Positions 57,200 to 64,000 of a stretch of DNA of 64,000 nucleotides are shown here, piece after piece (position 1 is the first letter of the stretch; each line of letters starts with the position of its first letter). A model generated the notes under the pieces. That model was not told the DNA's origin, searched no databases, and saw only the letters and a program-made list of their open reading frames with translations. The position numbers and the translations under genes were made by a program. Location: positions 1,674,001 to 1,738,000 of the forward strand of contig SMSO01000032.1 of the NCBI GenBank assembly GCA_004764695.1, given 5' to 3'. Source of the stretch: Schizochytrium sp. TIO01 (lineage: Eukaryota > Protista > Bigyra: Labyrinthulomycetes).

Positions 57200-58990
57200 G
57201 CTTTGATCGAAATTATTTCCTAGATTAAGAGTCGCCCCAACATGAATTACTCATGCCTGCCTTTTAAAAGATGAGGCTAGAGGTTGACAATGAATAAGTA
57301 TATGTATATGAAGACAACAAGCTTGAGGAGGCTTGATAGAATAAGTAAACTGTAGTCCTTGGGAGTCAACTCCAAAGCGGACATATTTATGAAATACTTG
57401 GACTACTAAGACAGAGTTTATTTAGCTGCAAATGAGAGGTTCAAGCTGACTGTTTCTTGAAGCATCAATTCGTGTCCCGTCATCCTTGATTCTGGCAAAT
57501 TCGAATAGAAGCTTTCACTTCGTTTATATTGCACTCACAACCACTGATTGTTGAATTTTCCTATTTGGTCAATCCTAGATCCTGGAAGAGCTACAATGAA
57601 ACTCTAAGAGCTCCAGCAATGTATTGTTCAACATTTGGCTCAAGTAAAGATTTTAGCGTTGCATTCAAAGGCGAAATTTTATGTAGAAGCTCTGGTATCA
57701 GATTGAGTTTCCAATCGTTGACTTCTATCGTTGGGCAACGTCAACCCAGATGCATAAAACCCTCTGCGCCGTGCCGAATATATCGTAATTGTTATGAATA
57801 GTTGTTGTCGTGCCTGCATAGTTTCTTGTAGTTCACGAATTAAGAAACGTGCCCGTTCGTATTATAAATTTGTTCTATGCGATTGTTCGTAATCTGCAAG
57901 AACCTTTAAGTAGTATACCAGTAAAGAAGTGACTATTTTTAAAGGATTGACAAGCTAAGACTGCTAAGACACGGTGTTGTACGTGTAGTGCCCACTGTGC
58001 AAAGTCCTGGAGACCCAAAATATTGTGAAGCTTCAAAGGCATGTACTTCATCTGTGACTGGAGCGAAATGCTAGCTATTATATTGCATAGCAATAAGGAG
58101 CTCATTACTCTGTAATTATGTTAGTTACTGTTGGTTTTTATCCAAACTACCTCTGGGAGATGAGTCTGGACAGCTAGAGGTTGACAATGATTATGAAGGC
58201 AATTCACACTTGGATAAAGCTTAGCCCCGCCTAAAATTAGCTATATGTTGTCCCTGGAACTGAGTATCCAAACAGGCTGATTCATGTTAGAATAATGAAC
58301 TAAGGCAGTCTCTATCTCACGTTTGAGGAGTTAGGTAAAGGTTGTCTCTTCTAGTTTAGATTTCGCCATATTCGATCTTTTGGATCTACAAGGTTGCCTT
58401 TGGTTCTCAACTTTTTTTGGGATTATAGCCACTCATATTATTATCGAATTCAAATTCTTTGGAATCCAAATTGTTCGAGGGCTTAGAATGTCACGCCACG
58501 AATTCTAGCAATGTGTAAAGTGTTGTCCGTATATCTCTTCAATTGAAGATCTCAGTAACTCCTCCAGCCCGATTTTGTAGAACTTCTTGGACAAAAATGC
58601 GTCGCACCGGAGGTCCGCCAAAGCCAATACCTCCAAGCGTTTATGACTTAGCACACGTGCAATGTTCTTGAAATTCAACAAATTTCAAGATAGGGATGGA
58701 TTCGAATAGATGAGCGAGTTAAATGAGAGCAACATTGTAAAGCTTATGATTTCACGATATGCCGATCCTGGAAATAAATTTAAACGTAATCACATTCAGA
58801 ATGAATGTGTGAAGTACTATGGAGATAGTTATGACATATGGATATCTCAGGTGCTCACAGCTAACGGTCATGCATCTGTTCTATGTCTATCTAAATGCAA
58901 GTTGTTTGCATTAAACGCAAGACCGGACACCGTAGGCATAAACCTGCACAAAGTGATCGTGCCAACCACTTTGTTTATTAGGTCTTGAAT
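57200..58990 (+). pseudogene. Decayed tandem duplication (~0.85-0.9 kb period), possibly eroded coding sequence
   Basis: Exact 18-mer GCTAGAGGTTGACAATGA at 57276 and 58173, followed by colinear partial matches (gtccttgg/gtccctgg, actaagacag/actaaggcag, ccagcaatgt/ctagcaatgt, tgtagaagctctgg/tgtagaacttcttgg). Only short broken ORFs remain. Confidence 0.5.
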
Positions 58991-60476
58991 GATCTTCAAT
59001 TAATTTCCTCTGCATTCACCAATGGTATGGTTTGCCATCCAGTATCTTACAAATCCTTGCCAGGGGCTCTTGGAGTACTGCATATGCACCTCCGATTCTC
59101 GAAATCAGCAAGTAAACCAAGTATCTATCTATGATTTCAAATATTACCTCTAAATAGTCAGATGTTCTTATTTATATTTCTCTTCATGTAGATGTTTAAT
59201 TAATAATACAATCAGAGCACTAGTCCCTTATGGGAGGTGGTTTTTCTTTTTCCATACAAAAAAATCTAAATGAGCATCTAAATAGTGACAAATGGTATTG
59301 AAAACTAATTGACTATCAAAACTATGCCTTGTTTCTGTGGTATGCGCTTAGTGATACTCTTATCGACTTAATCTGGCGATTAGAGTATAGTTTTTATCGT
59401 AATTCTAATGTGTTTTTCTGCGGTAAATATTTAGCTTTGTGTATTCTCCCTAATCATCAACTGGATGCTTGTTGAATATGCAGAGACAAAGAAGATGACA
59501 AATACAACTGTTGATTGAAATCTACACTTGCAAAATTGCTGATATCGGAATGGGCTCTTCACTTTCCCAATTCAATAGACTCTGATCGACATTACCATTA
59601 TCACAAATAAACGCAGAGACATTGCAGGTTTACCTTGCGCATCTGATATACAAATTCTATTGAGCATGGGAGCGGACCTCTGGTGTTGAATTCCTTGTCT
59701 CTCTCATATGCGTTTATGATTATCGGGTTCTTTTGCTATACATCATTTAGGTACCTAGCCTTTACGGTTGCGAGTCAAAAATGGCCGCCCTGGATTGTCC
59801 ATGTGATCCTTCATTTAATGTCTCAGCACACAGTAACATTGTCGTGTAATTTGAATTGGAAGACGTTTGACGGAGCTGAGACTTATCTATTCATCTAATT
59901 TCGACTCAGAAGAGCATAGAGTAACGTTTAGAAAAAATTAATTAAATACCTCTGTGCAATTTCCAAGCTTGAAGGTTAAATACCCGCATCTGTACCACAA
60001 TTTACTTTGCTAAAATTGGTAAGTTCTGTTTGTAAGTGAAGTCAACACTGAAAAGGTTTTCTCTTTTGCTGCTTTGTGTGGACTTAGCCTATGTCGCATC
60101 ATGTTTAAACTAAAGCGCCACCTTCAAGTAGCATACAATATAGGAAAAAGCAAGGTAGGTTGATCAATTAAATATCATCACTCCTTAACCGTCTCTTCAA
60201 AAAGCACATTTGGATGATGTTTGGTGTAATTTTATGAAAGTCCTGTTGGTGTCTCTAAAAACAAGGGCGTTCTATAAAGACAGCAATGTGGAACAGTCAA
60301 ACTTCAGACATCGTAAGACCAGCTGAGGTTTGCTTAAATATAAGAGGGAAATCAAGAATGGTTGAAATGATGGGATGGAGATAAGTAGCATAAAATGACT
60401 TTGGTTTTGATGTTGTAGTAGTAGTAGAAATGAAATTTGTGATTCAAGGTATTTTTGGCAGGATTGGTTTGGCTTA

Positions 60477-61409
<933 letters not shown>

Positions 61410-64000
61410 GCTTCCTGCCGCCTGTTTCTCGGCCTCAACTCGCCGCCTGCTCGACCTGTTTGCGTGTCCACGAGCTCCACCCAGAAGCTCCGGCCTCGCG
61501 ATCCGTCCACAGCCTAGTTTTTCCAAAGCGCCGCGAGGTTTTCGCAGGCGTCGTTGTTCGCGTTCTCCTTCTCTTTCTTCTCCTTCTTTTTGTCGTCTCC
61601 TTCATCCTTCTCTACTCTTCTTCTTCCCCATTCTCCATTCTCTACTTGTGCTTTCTATTCTCTATAGTATTTAAATTAATTATCTACTGTATCTGCTCGG
61701 TATCCTACTTATCCAGAAACCGCAAGTGCCCTATTGGCGGCCTTGGTACTTACTTACTTACTTACTTACTTGTCTGTTTATTATTTTTATTTTTCCCTTT
61801 AATTCTCCTCTTCACTAGGCCTTACCTACCGTCTAGACTACGAGGTGGCCTAGATACGCTAGAAGCTGGGATAGCCAGGCATGCTTAGTAATCTCACTAC
61901 CGACTCCTACTAGAGGCGGCCTCTCTAACTGTAGGAATATGAGAGCATACATAGAATACACAAATACTAGCCATCTTACCAGTACGGTAGCTAGGTTGCT
62001 GGTTACGACTAACTGTACAAGCCCCATAGGGCCTACTCCTAGGGGGCGCCTACTGTATGTACTGGGCCAGGGTGATCCAAATGTTCGTGGACGCGTAGAG
62101 TCGAGAGCGCCTTCCCTTTGCACATTGATACCTACCGTTTGAGAGCCTTCATAAGTGCACTCTTCAAGAACATTCTCCACGCTGTTCTCGCGTTTATGGA
62201 GAGCCACGTCTCACGCAAAAGACATGCCACACGCGGCCTCTCCTGTCTGCCACAAAGGGTTTGTTAGCAGCCTATTCGTAGAGTTCCTATCGGCCAATGC
62301 GCTCCTTGGAATCTGAGTAAGCGTCTCAGAGGCTGAAGTGGCCCAACCTGCCTTTAAGTGGGCTATCCGCCCTAAAGTGTTATTTGTCCATCCCATCCAT
62401 GGCAAAGTAGGCCAACTACCTATTTTAGTCTTCTTCAAAAATCATCGTGGCGACGTGGGTAATGGGCATCTCAATGAACGAATGAAAGAATGAATGAGCC
62501 TTCTAGAGTGAACAACCCCAAAAAGCGCCTGCTCCCTAGACCCACTGAAGGGGTGGCAGAGATCATGTGCTCATACAATGCACGAGAGCATCAATTGAGA
62601 ACTAAGCGGCCGTTACTTCGAGCCTTGGAACAGAACAGAGGGAGGAAGCAACCTACGTAGATAGATAAGATGTTATTCCCACAGTGGAGTGGGGATCAAT
62701 TCAAGTTCTTTTAATAGAAAGGGTAATATAATACCTACCTATCTGCCATCAAGGTAGGTTATAATGAGGTCTATAAGCATTCTTAAAAAACTAAGTCGGA
62801 CAACTTTGAATGCAGAGAGATGCATTTTCATAACTCTCCGCGCTCAAAAGAGCCCCGCAGTGACTTGTGGCGATCTCTGGTACCCTCACCTCTCCTCCCA
62901 TAGTTAACACCCTGTAAGCTCAATTCTGACGGCGCACCTCATTGCCATTCTCTCCCATCTCCTCTACCACCTGATTTACTCTAAAGCATCTTTTTCCACG
63001 CTAGTGGGGATATCCTCACATCAGTTTTTTTCACGTTAACATTTGGCAAGCTTCTCGAAGTTCTAGACGACTTAACACACTATACTTTTGAGAGCTAGTG
63101 TCTGGCTCCACTCTCCTCCCATCCGCGACTACAGGTTCTTTCTCCTCATAAACCCTTAGTAATGTAATATATGTTAGAGGAGACTCATGATCTTTGTATT
63201 AGTGTACTTTCATGTGTGGGGATCTCCATTTCCCCCTCAGGCTCCTCTACGGGTTTCGACCTCCATCTTTCTCTTGTTTCTTTCTTCGGGTTTAGGTAGG
63301 TACCTACTCTCAAGTTATTGTTCTGTTCTCTTACCGACCTCGACCCGCGAGCGAGCCTTCTAGACTCGCTCGGATGTCGGACCGAAGGACACATAGATAA
63401 AGCAAGTAAGCAAGCAAGCAAGAAAGAAAGAAGGAAAGAAAGAAAGCAGACAGATAGAGGTTGGGCGCGACGAAGCGAAGCCAGGCCAGGTAAGTGAAGC
63501 CGCGCTGATGGGCCCCTACACGTAGGGGCGTGAAGAGCAAGGATAAGGGGGGAGGTCGGGGAGGAGAAGAGGTTTCAAGTTTGTTCGTTTATTCCATTCC
63601 ATGTCATTTCGTCTTTTTGTCTCGGATCTCGCATCCCGGCTGACGGCGACCGAAGAGCGGCAAGCTAGACCGCCAGCGGAGAGAGAGCGGAGGCAGGAGA
63701 CAATGCAGCGACAGAGAGTACGAACAGGCCAGCAGTCGCAGCGCTCAGACCGCCGCGCGGGCCACGGTAAGTTGGTGTGGCGTCGTGGTTGACGTTGATG
63801 CAATCAATCACGGCGCCTTTCTTCTCCTTCTCGTCCTCCTTGTCCATATCAATTCATTAATTAATTATACGGTCGTCGATGATGAGGTTCCTTTCCGCCT
63901 CCTCCTTTGCTCACATCTGTTCCCACGCTATCTATCGTCACTGATGTCATCCTCGATATCGTCAACGATGGGCAGACAGAGGCCCTGTGCGCATGCCTGT

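Noticed and set aside
61900-64000. Short ORFs and GC-rich blocks at the right end as a gene or structured RNA
   Set aside because: No protein motifs, codon bias or recognisable RNA family; resembles the edge of another intergenic region.

Overview
Eukaryotic nuclear DNA. Compact, mostly intronless genes, a protist-type glutamine synthetase III with a mitochondrial presequence and dense tetranucleotide microsatellites point to a stramenopile protist, probably a thraustochytrid (inference only). Eleven protein-coding genes are supported: dyskerin/CBF5 (partial, minus strand, missing from the ORF track), DEAD-box helicase DBP10/DDX54, a 1.9-kaa WW/EF-hand/ankyrin protein, a mitochondrial membrane protein of unknown function, a SIRT4-class sirtuin, two tandem Baeyer-Villiger-type monooxygenases ending in the peroxisomal signal SRL, a COX23-like twin-CX9C protein, a PH-domain CaMK1-like kinase, GSIII and a three-exon RBX1. 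The best lead is DBP10. Its frame stops at TCC-TGA-T (5053-5059) and continues in the +1 frame into the conserved C-terminal domain. This matches the antizyme +1 frameshift motif, but a one-base assembly error would explain it equally well. Two gene deserts (21-30 kb and 33.5-53.4 kb) have a modular microsatellite / GC-island / AT-spacer layout. A decayed ~0.9-kb tandem duplication lies at 57-59 kb. No tRNA, rRNA, CRISPR array or recognisable intact transposon was found.
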